Positions 49,512-60,300 of a stretch of 64,000 nt of DNA are shown in pieces. The stretch is from positions 288,001 to 352,000 of the forward strand of contig OY782781.1 in the NCBI GenBank assembly GCA_963678315.1. The letters run 5' to 3'. The number at the start of each line of letters is the position of its first letter. Position 1 is the first letter of the stretch. The position numbers and the translations under genes are program-made. This DNA is from Candidatus Cloacimonadales bacterium (GTDB lineage: Bacteria > Cloacimonadota > Cloacimonadia > Cloacimonadales > JAFGVF01). The notes beneath the pieces were generated by a model. It saw only the letters and a list, made by a program, of their open reading frames with translations. It was not told where the DNA came from and did no database searches.

Positions 49512-50192
49512 ATGTTTTTCTTTGACCCAACAATGGTAATTATCTTACCTGCAATTATTTTAGCACTATGGGCTAACTCATTAGTTAAAAGTAATTATAA
49601 TAAATATTCAAAATATAGAAACAGAATTGGGATGACAGGTCAGCAAGTTGCCAGAAGAATACTGGATAGGAATGAACTTCAAGATGTGGAAATAGAAGCA
49701 ATAGAAGGTCAATTAACCGACCATTATGACCCTCGTTCTAGAAAAGTTAGATTATCTCAAGAGGTATATCATAGAGATTCTGTTTCTGCCATGTCTATTG
49801 CAGCTCATGAGGTAGGGCATGCTATCCAACACGCTCAGGGCTATAAACCTTTACAAATTAGACATTCGATATTCCCAGTAGCTAGACTAGGTTCTGGAGC
49901 AGCCTTCCCTCTTTTTATTGCAGGTTTCTTCTTTAATTTTCCTTTACTAATGAATGTTGGAATAATCTTTTTTGTGGGAGCTTTAGCCTTCCAAATAGTT
50001 ACTCTTCCAGTAGAATTTAACGCCTCAAGTAGAGCTTTCAAACAACTTGATGGAGATATGGTAGTAGATCCAAATGAAATGGCTGGAGTTAAAAAAGTTC
50101 TAAATGCTGCAGCCTTGACCTATGTAGCTGGAGCCTTGATGGCATTACTTCAACTAATTAGACTACTTATTCTTAGAGATTCTAGAGACTAA
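49512..50192 (+). CDS. Putative neutral zinc metallopeptidase (YugP-like membrane protein)
   Basis: G.LTDHYDPR, AAHEVGHAIQH, TLPVEFNASSRA, AAALTYVA. Confidence 0.92.
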   Translation: MFFFDPTMVIILPAIILALWANSLVKSNYNKYSKYRNRIGMTGQQVARRILDRNELQDVEIEAIEGQLTDHYDPRSRKVRLSQEVYHRDSVSAMSIAAHEVGHAIQHAQGYKPLQIRHSIFPVARLGSGAAFPLFIAGFFFNFPLLMNVGIIFFVGALAFQIVTLPVEFNASSRAFKQLDGDMVVDPNEMAGVKKVLNAAALTYVAGALMALLQLIRLLILRDSRD

Positions 50193-50194
50193 AT

Positions 50195-50656
50195 ATGAGA
50201 GCAAAATTTATCCTAACTGTTGATTCTAATAAATTAGCTAAATGGCTGCGACTTCTAGGCTATGATAGCAAAGTAATTAAGTCTATTTCTATCTTAAATA
50301 TGATTAGAATAGCTAAGAAAGAAAAGAGAATCATTGTTTCTAGAAGCAAAGAAGTATTGAAGCATCCTCTAGACTTTGAAAGAATATTTATTCATTCAAA
50401 TGATCCAAAAGAACAACTTCAAGAAATGAAAGAGATAATTAGCTTTGACAGTAATCAGCTTTTCACTCGCTGTCCTGAAGATAACAATGAGTTAAAATCT
50501 ATAGAAAAAGAAAAAATCTTGCATCTTATCCCTGAGAAAGTTGCAAATAGCTTTCATGACTTCAAGGTCTGCCAAAAGTGTGGAAGAGTATATTGGCATG
50601 GAAGTCACTTCAAAGATATTGAATCTGAGTTGAAAAAAGTTCTAAAGATTATCTAA
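50195..50656 (+). CDS. Mut7-C RNase (PIN-like, DUF82) domain protein
   Basis: KLAKWLRLLGYD, A.KE.RI..SR, FTRC..N..L, CQKCGRVYW.GSH. Confidence 0.85.
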   Translation: MRAKFILTVDSNKLAKWLRLLGYDSKVIKSISILNMIRIAKKEKRIIVSRSKEVLKHPLDFERIFIHSNDPKEQLQEMKEIISFDSNQLFTRCPEDNNELKSIEKEKILHLIPEKVANSFHDFKVCQKCGRVYWHGSHFKDIESELKKVLKII

Positions 50657-50787
50657 TCGATTTATTTTCTAGATTATGAAAGTACAAAAATTACTTGGTC
50701 AAATAGCCTTGTAATCTAAAATGATTGACACGATAGCCCTATAAATTCCTCTAGTTCATAGAATATATTGAAGGAATATAAAATTAG

Positions 50788-52734
50788 ATGGAAATTGTAG
50801 AGTATTTTGATGGTAATGATATTCAGATAAGTAAGAAGATTGAGACTATAGACAACAAAGTTATTTTAGAAAATAGCAATAAAAAACGTTCTAAATTGAA
50901 TGTTAACAGAGTAGTCTTTACCCATTCAATTAGTGGCAAAGCAAGTACAGACCAAGCAATCAAATGGCTTTTGTCAGAAGTATCTAAAATTAAAGAGACT
51001 ATTGATATCTTCGATTTATGGGAGTTAGCTGTTGAAGAAATAAAAGAATACTCAATTGAAGAGTTAAGTTCAATAATCTTTACTGATGCCATTACTATTG
51101 AGAAATCTTCATTATTTCATCTGATTAGAGATGAAAATCTACATTTCAAGAGAAAAGGTTTAAATTATATTCCAAGGACCAAGGAACAAATAGAAGAAAT
51201 TCTTGTTCAAAGAGATAAAGAATCTAAGAAACAAGAAATATTAGATTTCTACAATAACAATTTAACTCTCGCAATTAGTGGACAAGAAGTAAAAGATAAG
51301 AAGATTTTTAATATTCTGAAAGACTGGTTAAAGAAGCTTGAGAATGAAGAACTAACTTCTATTTTAACTAAATTTGCTAATGGACAAGACCCTAGGATAT
51401 TTGTTTATAATCTATTAAAGAAAAACAATCAGATTAGCCAAGATGCAGACAGATTTGCTACAATCTATGGCTTTGATATTGAATTTGAAGTAGAAGAAAT
51501 TGCTTCTGCATCTCAGATTGAAATAGATATGACAAATAGAGATGATTTCACTAATGTTACAACATTCACTATTGATTCTGCTGACACTAAAGAAATTGAT
51601 GATGCTATTTCTATTGAAAGAGTTGAAAATGGTTTTGTTCTAGGAATTCATATTGCAGATGTTGCTTCTCATATTGAAAGAGATTCTATCTTAGATAATT
51701 TGGCAAGCAAAAGGCTATCTACTTTATATTTAGAAACTGGCGAAATCCTAATGCTACCCAAAGAGCTTAGTCATGAGAAACTTAGTCTAAATCTTGGACA
51801 AGATAGACCAGCTTTTAGTGTGATATTGCAACTTGATAATGAATTTGAGATTGTAGAGAGTCAGGTAAAATTAACTAAAGTTAAGGTTACAAATAAAATA
51901 TCTTACAAGGAAGTTGATAAGATTTTAAGAAAAGGTGGTCAAAGCTTTGATCAACTCTCTTTAATAGAGAAAATTACTTCTAAATGGAGAAAGAAAAGAT
52001 TTGATTTAGGAGCTATTGAGATAAATAGACCTGAAATACAGCTTCATGTTAATGGGGATGATATTGAATTGGAGATTCTTAACAGAAGGTCAAAATCAAG
52101 AAGCATGATTAGTGAGTTAATGATTATGATGAATTCCTTTGTAGCTAACTATGCTAATAATAATAATATTCCACTTCTTTATAGAGTTCAAGAAGCCCCA
52201 GATCCTGATTATAAACACTTCTTAAATTATGATTATTATGACCCAGTTTTGAATGATAAACTTATCAGGTTAATTCGTCCATCCTTTTTAACAAGTGTGG
52301 CATCTACACATTACGGGCTAGGTGTTGAAGCCTATACCCAAATAACTTCTCCTTTAAGAAGATATTTTGATTTGATGATGCAAAGTCAGATTTCATCTTT
52401 TATAAAGACTGGAAAAGTGATTTATTCTGAAGAAGACTTGCTAGGATTCATAGATTATATGACAGACAATAACAAGAAAAGAAATGAGATGTATAGCAAA
52501 TCTTTCAATTACTGGTTCCAAAAATATCTAGAAAATAATAGTATGTATGAGCCTATTGAAGCTGTTATTGTTGGAGAAAATCATAATTCTTTCACCTGTG
52601 AGCTATTAAAATATGGCAAGCGTTTTCCAGTAAAATCTCCTTATCAGCACCAAATTGGAGACCTTGTGTCTTTGTTAATTGATAAAGTAGATCCTGAGAA
52701 AGATGTTCTCAGATTTTCTATAATGAGCGATTAG
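50788..52734 (+). CDS. RNase II/RNB-family exoribonuclease
   Basis: TIDSADTKEIDDAIS catalytic motif, GIHIADV, HYGLG..AYTQITSPLRRY.DL, C-terminal S1-like region. Confidence 0.9.
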   Translation: MEIVEYFDGNDIQISKKIETIDNKVILENSNKKRSKLNVNRVVFTHSISGKASTDQAIKWLLSEVSKIKETIDIFDLWELAVEEIKEYSIEELSSIIFTDAITIEKSSLFHLIRDENLHFKRKGLNYIPRTKEQIEEILVQRDKESKKQEILDFYNNNLTLAISGQEVKDKKIFNILKDWLKKLENEELTSILTKFANGQDPRIFVYNLLKKNNQISQDADRFATIYGFDIEFEVEEIASASQIEIDMTNRDDFTNVTTFTIDSADTKEIDDAISIERVENGFVLGIHIADVASHIERDSILDNLASKRLSTLYLETGEILMLPKELSHEKLSLNLGQDRPAFSVILQLDNEFEIVESQVKLTKVKVTNKISYKEVDKILRKGGQSFDQLSLIEKITSKWRKKRFDLGAIEINRPEIQLHVNGDDIELEILNRRSKSRSMISELMIMMNSFVANYANNNNIPLLYRVQEAPDPDYKHFLNYDYYDPVLNDKLIRLIRPSFLTSVASTHYGLGVEAYTQITSPLRRYFDLMMQSQISSFIKTGKVIYSEEDLLGFIDYMTDNNKKRNEMYSKSFNYWFQKYLENNSMYEPIEAVIVGENHNSFTCELLKYGKRFPVKSPYQHQIGDLVSLLIDKVDPEKDVLRFSIMSD

Positions 52735-52742
52735 AGACTAAG

Positions 52743-53627
52743 ATGAATATAGGATTAATTCAAGGCTTTTTAGCTTTTTTATGTTGGGGTTTGTTCCCTG
52801 TATATTGGAGAGAATTACAAGCTGTTCCGGCTATGGAAATATTAGCTTACCGAATTGCTGGCTCTCTACTATTTGTTACGATGATCCTCCTGATTTCAAG
52901 GAATTTGAAATGGATTAAAAAGCTATCAAAAAAACAGATAAGTTATTATTTTATAACCTCTGTTTTCATTTCGATAAACTGGCTAGTCTATATATGGGCA
53001 GTAAATAATGACCAAGTTGTAGAAGCAAGTTTAGGATACTATATTAATCCTTTAGTTAATGTTCTTTTAGCTGAGATATTCTTAAAAGAAAGACTTCGTA
53101 TAGCCCAAAGAATAGCAATTTTAACAGCTTTTATCGGAGTTTCTTTCCTAACTTACAAATATGGAAAATTACCCTGGGTCTCTGTTGTCCTAGCCTGTTC
53201 TTTTGCTGTCTATGGACTTCTTAAAAAGAAAGCTAAGCTTGGAGGATTAGAGTCTTTTTCCTTAGAGTCATTGATTCTTTCATTCCCAGCTTTAGGATAT
53301 ATTATCTTTCTGATATTTACCAAGCAAAGTTCATTCGGAACTATCGATGTTAAAACTAACTTATTACTTCTAGGTGCTGGCCTTGCAACTGGTTTACCAC
53401 TTATTTTATATAATTTAGCTACAAAAAAAATAACATTAACTACCATAGGAATGTTACAATATTTCTCACCTACCCTACAGCTATTGATTGGTATTTATAT
53501 ATTCAAAGAAGCATTTCCCATGGATAAATTACTTGGATTTGTAATTATCTGGATTGCCCTACTTATATACACCTCTGAATTAATTTATTTTAATTCAAGA
53601 AAAAAGCTCAAGCAAAAGACAGCATAG
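52743..53627 (+). CDS. rarD: EamA-family transporter RarD
   Basis: WGLFPVYW, EILAYR, NWLVYIWAVN...EASLGYYINPL, G.LQY.SPTLQ. Confidence 0.92.
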   Translation: MNIGLIQGFLAFLCWGLFPVYWRELQAVPAMEILAYRIAGSLLFVTMILLISRNLKWIKKLSKKQISYYFITSVFISINWLVYIWAVNNDQVVEASLGYYINPLVNVLLAEIFLKERLRIAQRIAILTAFIGVSFLTYKYGKLPWVSVVLACSFAVYGLLKKKAKLGGLESFSLESLILSFPALGYIIFLIFTKQSSFGTIDVKTNLLLLGAGLATGLPLILYNLATKKITLTTIGMLQYFSPTLQLLIGIYIFKEAFPMDKLLGFVIIWIALLIYTSELIYFNSRKKLKQKTA

Positions 53628-53660
53628 ATTATTAGATAGAGGAACGCTATTGCCATTCTT

Positions 53661-53952
53661 TATGTCGCCCTTTCAGGGCTGAATTCTAACTTCTTATTCA
53701 CATGGAGGACAAGCCTCCATGCTTAGTATATGCCACCCCTTCAGGGTTAGACGAACGGCCGTTCGCATCTACATATTCACTTATCACTATGTTCTAAGTG
53801 AAGCCAGCGCGGAGGCTGGCGATCCCAGTTGCCTCACTAAACCCTAATTCTTCACTCCCCTGTCTGTCGGCAGACAGGTAACTTCTAACTGCCTATATCC
53901 TCTTGCCCCACCTGCATAAAAAGACGATTTAATGCAGGAGGCGAGTATGGAT
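53661..53952. repeat. Mosaic REP-like palindrome island 5
   Basis: GCCCTTTCAGGGC and CCCCTTCAGGG; CGAACGGCCGTTCG...CTAC; TTCACTTATCACTATGTTCTAAGTGAAGCCAGCGCGGAGGCTGGCGATCCCAGT (53776-53829, one mismatch to 7032-7085); CCTGTCTG-tcgg-CAGACAGG; CCTGCATAAA...TTAATGCAGG. Confidence 0.85.
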
Positions 53953-54041
53953 TGCCTGAGCATACAAAATATTTCATTTGACAGAATAATTACTTCAATA
54001 ATTGTTAAAATGATAAATTATATTGATTAAGGGAGTATGAA

Positions 54042-55565
54042 ATGGCAAAGAAACAAAGAACTGCTATTGAACCAACTAGAGCAGAAAACTATGCTGAGTG
54101 GTACCAACAAGTTGTTAGAATAGCAGATTTAGCGGAGAATAGTGATGTCCGAGGTTGTATGGTTATCAAACCTTGGGGCTATGCCATTTGGGAAAATATT
54201 CAAAAAGTATTAGATAAAATGTTTAAAGAAACAGGGGTAAAGAATGCATATTTTCCACTGTTTATTCCTAAAAGTTATTTTGAAAAAGAAGCTGAACATG
54301 TTGAAGGATTTGCTAAAGAATGTGCAGTTGTTACTCATTCTAGATTAGAAGATGATGGCAATGGTGGACTTAAAGAAGCTGGTAGACTAACTGAACCATA
54401 TATTGTTAGACCAACCTCAGAAACTATTATTGGTTCTTCATTCTCAAAATGGGTGAATTCATATAGAGACTTACCTCTTTTAATTAACCAATGGGCTAAC
54501 GTAGTACGTTGGGAACTTAGAACTAGATTATTCCTTAGAACTGCTGAATTTTTGTGGCAAGAAGGTCATACTGTTCATGCAACTGAAAAAGAAGCTAATG
54601 AAGAAACTAAACTCATGCTCGAGGTTTATGGTAAGTTTGCTGAACAATACCTTGCTGTTCCAGTAATTAAAGGGGAAAAAAGTGCCGGAGAAAGATTTCC
54701 AGGTGCTGTGGCAACCTATTCAATAGAAGCGATGATGCAGGATAAAAAAGCACTTCAAGCTGGTACTTCTCACTTCTTAGGACAGAATTTTGCTAAAGCT
54801 TCTGACATTAAATATCAAACTAAAGAAGGCAACTACGAATATGCTTGGACAACTTCTTGGGGTGTTTCTACACGATTAATTGGAGCATTAATTATGGCTC
54901 ACAGTGATGATAATGGCTTAGTTTTACCTCCAAAAATTGCACCAGCTCATATTGCTATCATTCCAATTTACAAGAATGAAGAAGATAGAGCGGAAATTCT
55001 TAATTATATTTCAAACATCACTGAAGCCCTAAAAGCAAAACGCTTTGATGGCAAAGAAATTATTGTTGAAGTTGATGATAGTGATGCAACTTCAAGTGAA
55101 AAGAGTTGGAAATGGATTAAGAAAGGTATGCCTATCAGACTTGAAATTGGCAAAAGAGATATGGCTTCAGGTTCTGTTTTTATGGGTAGAAGAGACTTAG
55201 AACCAAGAGACAAGAAAGGGTTGGCTTGGGAAGAGTTTGTAGAAAATGCAGAAAATATTCTTAACGAAATACAGGATAACATTTTTGCAAAAGCTGTAAA
55301 ATTCAGAGATGAAAATACTCTTGAGATTGATAATATAGAGGATTTTGAAGCATTTTTCACACCTAAAGATAAAAACAAACCGGAAATTCATGGCGGTTTT
55401 GTAGCTGCTCATTGGTGTGGTTCTACTGAGTGCGAAGAAAAAATTAAAGATGACTTGAAAGTAACAATAAGAAACATTCCTTTCTCTAGTAAAGAAGAAG
55501 AAGGACTTTGTATCTGTTGCGGAAAGGCTTCTAAGAAAAGAGTTATCTTCTCAAAGAGTTATTAG
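54042..55565 (+). CDS. proS: Proline--tRNA ligase (archaeal/eukaryotic-like type)
   Basis: RGCMVIKPWGY.IWE, HVEGFAKE, RPTSET, NQWANVVRWE, EFLWQEGHT, QAGTSHFLGQNFAK, SWGVSTR. Confidence 0.96.
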   Translation: MAKKQRTAIEPTRAENYAEWYQQVVRIADLAENSDVRGCMVIKPWGYAIWENIQKVLDKMFKETGVKNAYFPLFIPKSYFEKEAEHVEGFAKECAVVTHSRLEDDGNGGLKEAGRLTEPYIVRPTSETIIGSSFSKWVNSYRDLPLLINQWANVVRWELRTRLFLRTAEFLWQEGHTVHATEKEANEETKLMLEVYGKFAEQYLAVPVIKGEKSAGERFPGAVATYSIEAMMQDKKALQAGTSHFLGQNFAKASDIKYQTKEGNYEYAWTTSWGVSTRLIGALIMAHSDDNGLVLPPKIAPAHIAIIPIYKNEEDRAEILNYISNITEALKAKRFDGKEIIVEVDDSDATSSEKSWKWIKKGMPIRLEIGKRDMASGSVFMGRRDLEPRDKKGLAWEEFVENAENILNEIQDNIFAKAVKFRDENTLEIDNIEDFEAFFTPKDKNKPEIHGGFVAAHWCGSTECEEKIKDDLKVTIRNIPFSSKEEEGLCICCGKASKKRVIFSKSY

Positions 55566-55567
55566 TC

Positions 55568-56062
55568 TTGCTTGATTACAATAAAAAATTATTAAAACTG
55601 GTGCAAGAAGTTCATCAAAGACTTCTTGCATCTAAGATAAAAGTCAGCTTTGCTGAATCTTGCACTGGAGGATTGCTACAAAAGCTTATAACAGACACTA
55701 GTGGTTCTTCAAGCTATTTTGAGGGTGGCTTTGTAACATATAGCAATCGATTAAAAAATAAAATATTAGGTGTAAAAGAAGAAACTTTAACTAAGTATGG
55801 TGCTGTAAGCTCTCAATGTGCAAAAGAAATGGTTGAGGGAGTTAATAGGATTACTGGAGCAGATATATCAGTTTCAGTAACAGGTATTGCTGGTCCAACT
55901 GGTGGTAGTTTGGATAAACCAGTGGGAACTGTTTGCTTTGGATTTCTATCTCAGCAAGGTCTAACAACACAGGTTAAGTGTTTTAAGGGATCTAGAGATG
56001 ATGTTAGACATCAATCAGCAATATTTGTTTTAGAATCAATTTTAGAATTATTAAGTAAATGA
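55568..56062 (+). CDS. CinA C-terminal domain protein (NMN amidohydrolase PncC-like)
   Basis: AESCTGG, GSS.YF.GG.VTYSN..K, GAVS, TGIAGPTGGS..KPVGTV. Confidence 0.9.
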   Translation: MLDYNKKLLKLVQEVHQRLLASKIKVSFAESCTGGLLQKLITDTSGSSSYFEGGFVTYSNRLKNKILGVKEETLTKYGAVSSQCAKEMVEGVNRITGADISVSVTGIAGPTGGSLDKPVGTVCFGFLSQQGLTTQVKCFKGSRDDVRHQSAIFVLESILELLSK

Positions 56063-56068
56063 GGAAAA

Positions 56069-57319
56069 ATGAAGATATTAGTTTTGGGAAGTGGTGCAAG
56101 GGAACACGCAATAGCACAGAAATTTGCAGATAGTGACAAAGTTTCAAAAGTAGTGGTTTCTCCGGGAAATGGAGGAATTGCAAGAGAGTTTGAGTGTATA
56201 GAATTATCAACATTTGGCAAGATTGCTGAGTTTGTTCAAAAGAATAAAATTGATATAGTCTTTGTTGGACCTGAACAACCATTATCAGAGGGTGTAGTTG
56301 ACTTTTTAGAAGAAGAGAATATAGTAGTTATAGGACCTTCAAAGAAAGCATCACGAATTGAATCAAGCAAGGCTTATGCTAAGGATCTCATGAAGAGATA
56401 TAAGGTTCCGACAGCCGAATATCAGGTATTTGTAGAATATCAACAAGCTAAAGACTATATTCAGTCATGCTCATACCCTATTGTTTTTAAAGCAGATGGA
56501 CTTGCTGCTGGAAAAGGTGTGGTAATTGTAAATTCTTTAGAAGAAGCTGAACAAGAATTGAAAGAGTTTATGCTTGATAGTAAATTTGGTTCTGCTGGTA
56601 ACAGCCTTGTTATTGAAGAATTTTTACAAGGTTGGGAGACTTCTGTATTTGCCTTCTGCGATGGAAAGAATTTCAAATCAACAATATTTTCTATGGATCA
56701 CAAACAGTTGTTTGCAGGAGATAAAGGTCCTAATACAGGCGGTATGGGAGCTGTTGCCCCCATTATTGACGCTGAGAAATACAGATATCAGATTGATAAT
56801 GAAATTTTTACTCCTATATTGAAAGGACTGCAAGAAGATTCTTGCCCATTTAAAGGTGTTCTCTACTGTGGCTTAATGATAACAGAAAAAGGTCCAAAAG
56901 TGATAGAGTTCAATTGCAGATTTGGTGATCCTGAAACACAAGTAGTTTTACCTTTAATGAAAACAGATTTGCTTGATGTTTGTGTTGCAATAGCTGATGA
57001 AAGAATAGAAGAATTAGACCTTTTATGGGAAGATAAATTTGCAGTTAACCTCGTTGCTGCATCTGGCGGATACCCAGGTAAATACCAGAAGGGCATAGAG
57101 ATATCTATAGGGAACATATCTGATAATGCTAAAGTATATTATGCTGGAGTTAAAGAAGAGAATGGAAAATTATTGACAAACGGCGGACGAGTCTTAGGAA
57201 TTACATTGACTGGTTATAATAGAGAAACCTTAATAGAAGAGGTTTATAGAGAAAATGAAAAAATAGAATTTGATGGTAAAGTAATTCGAAGCGATATAGG
57301 TGGAAGAGCTAATAGATAA
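56069..57319 (+). CDS. purD: Phosphoribosylamine--glycine ligase
   Basis: GSGAREHA, PGNGG, VGPE.PL, KADGLAAGKGV, GPNTGGMG, EFNCRFGDPE, TNGGRVL. Confidence 0.96.
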   Translation: MKILVLGSGAREHAIAQKFADSDKVSKVVVSPGNGGIAREFECIELSTFGKIAEFVQKNKIDIVFVGPEQPLSEGVVDFLEEENIVVIGPSKKASRIESSKAYAKDLMKRYKVPTAEYQVFVEYQQAKDYIQSCSYPIVFKADGLAAGKGVVIVNSLEEAEQELKEFMLDSKFGSAGNSLVIEEFLQGWETSVFAFCDGKNFKSTIFSMDHKQLFAGDKGPNTGGMGAVAPIIDAEKYRYQIDNEIFTPILKGLQEDSCPFKGVLYCGLMITEKGPKVIEFNCRFGDPETQVVLPLMKTDLLDVCVAIADERIEELDLLWEDKFAVNLVAASGGYPGKYQKGIEISIGNISDNAKVYYAGVKEENGKLLTNGGRVLGITLTGYNRETLIEEVYRENEKIEFDGKVIRSDIGGRANR

Positions 57320-57387
57320 TAAATTGGAGGTTAGTACTTAAATTGGTAAGATTATTGCTTTAAAAATAACAAATTGAGAGAGTTTTA

Positions 57388-60300
57388 ATGAAAAAGAGTA
57401 TAATAATACTATTAGCTTTGGTAACGGGGATTGTTCCATTATTTGGTAAAATAACAGTTTTAGAAGAAAGTGAATCATATATTAGATTAAAATTCACTTT
57501 ACCTACATATAGATTTGAAGAATCAGAATTAGATTATAAAAAAATAATCTGTGATGATGCAGACTACATTTTTGATGAAGGAAAACCTGAAGTTCCTTAT
57601 TTCTCAGAGATTGTAGGAATCCCAGAAGATGGTGATATTCAAGTTAACATTCTTAGACAAAAAGAGATTGCTAAAGAGAATATTAAAATCACTAGATGTC
57701 CAGAAATGACAATCAAAAAGGACCAAGTTTCTTATAAAAGCACTAACACTACCACAATCCCTAAGCTCAGATCTTTTTACCCAGATCAAATAGTAAAAAA
57801 AGACAAGAGTGCTTTTTTAGGTGATAGAAATTTTATTTCATTCCATATCTTCCCTTTTAGATATAACGAAAGTAATAAGCAATTAAAAATCTCCAGAGAA
57901 ATAGATATAGAGATAATTATTAATGGAGACAAAACTGCTAAGCGTTCATGGCAGCTATCAAATAACTATATTGACCCTTATGGTGACGAATTTTGTATAA
58001 ACAATGATTATTCTAAGAAATGGAGAAAAGAGCAAGCTGTATTTTCTGTTCCAACCGAGAAATCAAGCGACTATAATGGCATTGACCTTGTAGTTAATGA
58101 AGAAGGCTTGTATAAAGTAACATATAGCTTCTTAAAAGATCAGATTTCAACCCTCGAAGATTCCTTAGGAATTGATTTAGGTTGGGATATTGACGATATA
58201 GATCCTAAGAGATTACAATTAGAAAGCAACAAACAAGTTGAACCTGTCTATTTCTATGGTGAAGAGGATGGTTCTTTTGATAAAGGTGATTATTTTGAAT
58301 TCTATGGTTATATTAATCATGGCAAGGAAAGATATCATGATGCTTACACTATAAGAAATACTTATAAGTTAGTACTAAAAGATGATTTTGGTTCTAGAAT
58401 GGCTGTTGAGAATGGTGGTATTATGGTTACTCAGACTTCTGAATATACAGAGCCAACATATTATGACCATCATGTACATTTTGAGACCCAAAGTTATTAT
58501 GAAAAAATGGGTAACGCTTACAACTATGATTCTGATTATTATTTAGAAGATCCTTTCTTTTGGAGAAAAGTAAAAGCTCCTAACTTAGAAATTATTCCAA
58601 TCGAATTACAATATCCTGTTAACAGAGAAATTGATAAGTTTGAGGCTAATGTTTCATTGTTTGGATTAACTTATGGCGATTATCAAAATGACCACCATGC
58701 AATTGTGAGAATCAATTCAGCAATCGTAGGTTCCGAATATTGGACTGGTCAAAATGAACAAGTTTTTCATACTGCTAATGAATATTCAAACTCATTCCTT
58801 AATCATGGAGAGAACAGTGTATTTGTTAGTTTACCTGGAGATACTCCAAGCGGAGAAACTGAGCTTATTGCTTTAGATTACATAGATCTTAAATATTGGA
58901 GAGAATATAAAACTGATGAAGATTTCATCAGATTTAAAAAGCCTTCTTTTAAACCTAATGGCTTATTCCAATTCAAACTTGAAGGATTCCAAAGTAAAGA
59001 TGTAAGTGTTTACAAGATAGGTTCAAGTAAAATGGAGAACCTTAGGATTGAATCATATTTTGAGCTTGATGAAGCACCTTATTATGTAACTTTCCAAGAT
59101 ACTGTTAACTCAGATAATTTTGAATACTTCGCAACTACAGAAGCTAATAAAAAGACTCCGTTAGAAATTAGAATTGATATTCAAAGTGATTTAAAAGCTA
59201 GAACAAATAATTATGATGCTCTTTTGATTACTTCTTCTGATTTTGTTGAGACTGAAGGTGTTGAACTATTCAGGTCAACCTGGCAAGAGCAAGGGTTTAA
59301 TCCATTAGTGGTTGATGTTCAAGATATATATGATGAGTTTAACCACGGCATTACTTCTGCCGATGCTATTAGGGATTTCTTGAAGTATGCTTATAATATG
59401 TGGTCTGAACCTCAATTAAAAAATGTTCTACTAGTTGGAGATGGAACTTACGACACTCGTGAAAATTCAACTTCTACAAAATACAATATAATTCCTTATA
59501 AAAAAGTTTGGACATGGAAACATGGAGCTACTCCTAGTGATAACTATTATAGTTGTCTAGTTGGAGATGATGCTGTTCCTGAAATTGGTATTTCTAGAAT
59601 AAGTGTGTGGCAAGCAGAGCAAATATTAGATATTGCTCAAAAAAGTTACATTACCCTCAATAACCCTAAATTGGATGATTTGGGGCCGGCTCATGTAGTT
59701 TTAACTGCTGGAGGTAAAGTTACTGATTCATTAGATGTCTTCTCCCAACAAGAGGAAATAATCAAAGAAAGAATGATTTCAGATGACTACCGTGTTACCA
59801 GGGTTTATACTACTACCCAATCTGTTTCATCAGACTTTTACGGGTCAACATTTACTTTGAAAGACGGTATTGATAGAGGTGCAACTTTTCTACAATTCAT
59901 GGGCCATGGTGGCGGTAGAATTTGGGCTGACTACAACCTTCTCAATCTTAATGATCTTGCAACACTGAACAATGATTACTATCCATTTGTTAGTTCATTA
60001 GCTTGTTATGCTGCTTCATTTGACTACCCAGGTGACTCCTCTATCAATGAATCATTCATTAATGAGGCAGATAAAGGGGCAATAAACACTTTAGGTTTCT
60101 CTGGTCTAGGATACTTAAACCAAGATTTAACCTTTGGTACAGCTTTAGCTGATGGTTTTTTCAGACAAAAACTGCCTACTTCAGGAGATGTTGTAAAATA
60201 TACAATTGCCAAATCATACTTTAAACTATTTGGACAAGCTAAGAAAGCTCTTACAGAAGGCTGTGTACTGCTAGGAGACCCTAATGCAGTAATTCACAGA

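Noticed and set aside
50195..50656. Mut7-C gene as a pseudogene or toxin because the first zinc-ribbon pair reads CPED instead of CxxC
   Set aside because: The ORF is full length with other motifs intact, Asp can ligate zinc, and no antitoxin-like gene is adjacent.
54042..55565. Archaeal/eukaryotic-type ProRS as evidence of horizontal transfer
   Set aside because: This type is common in several bacterial phyla, including FCB members.
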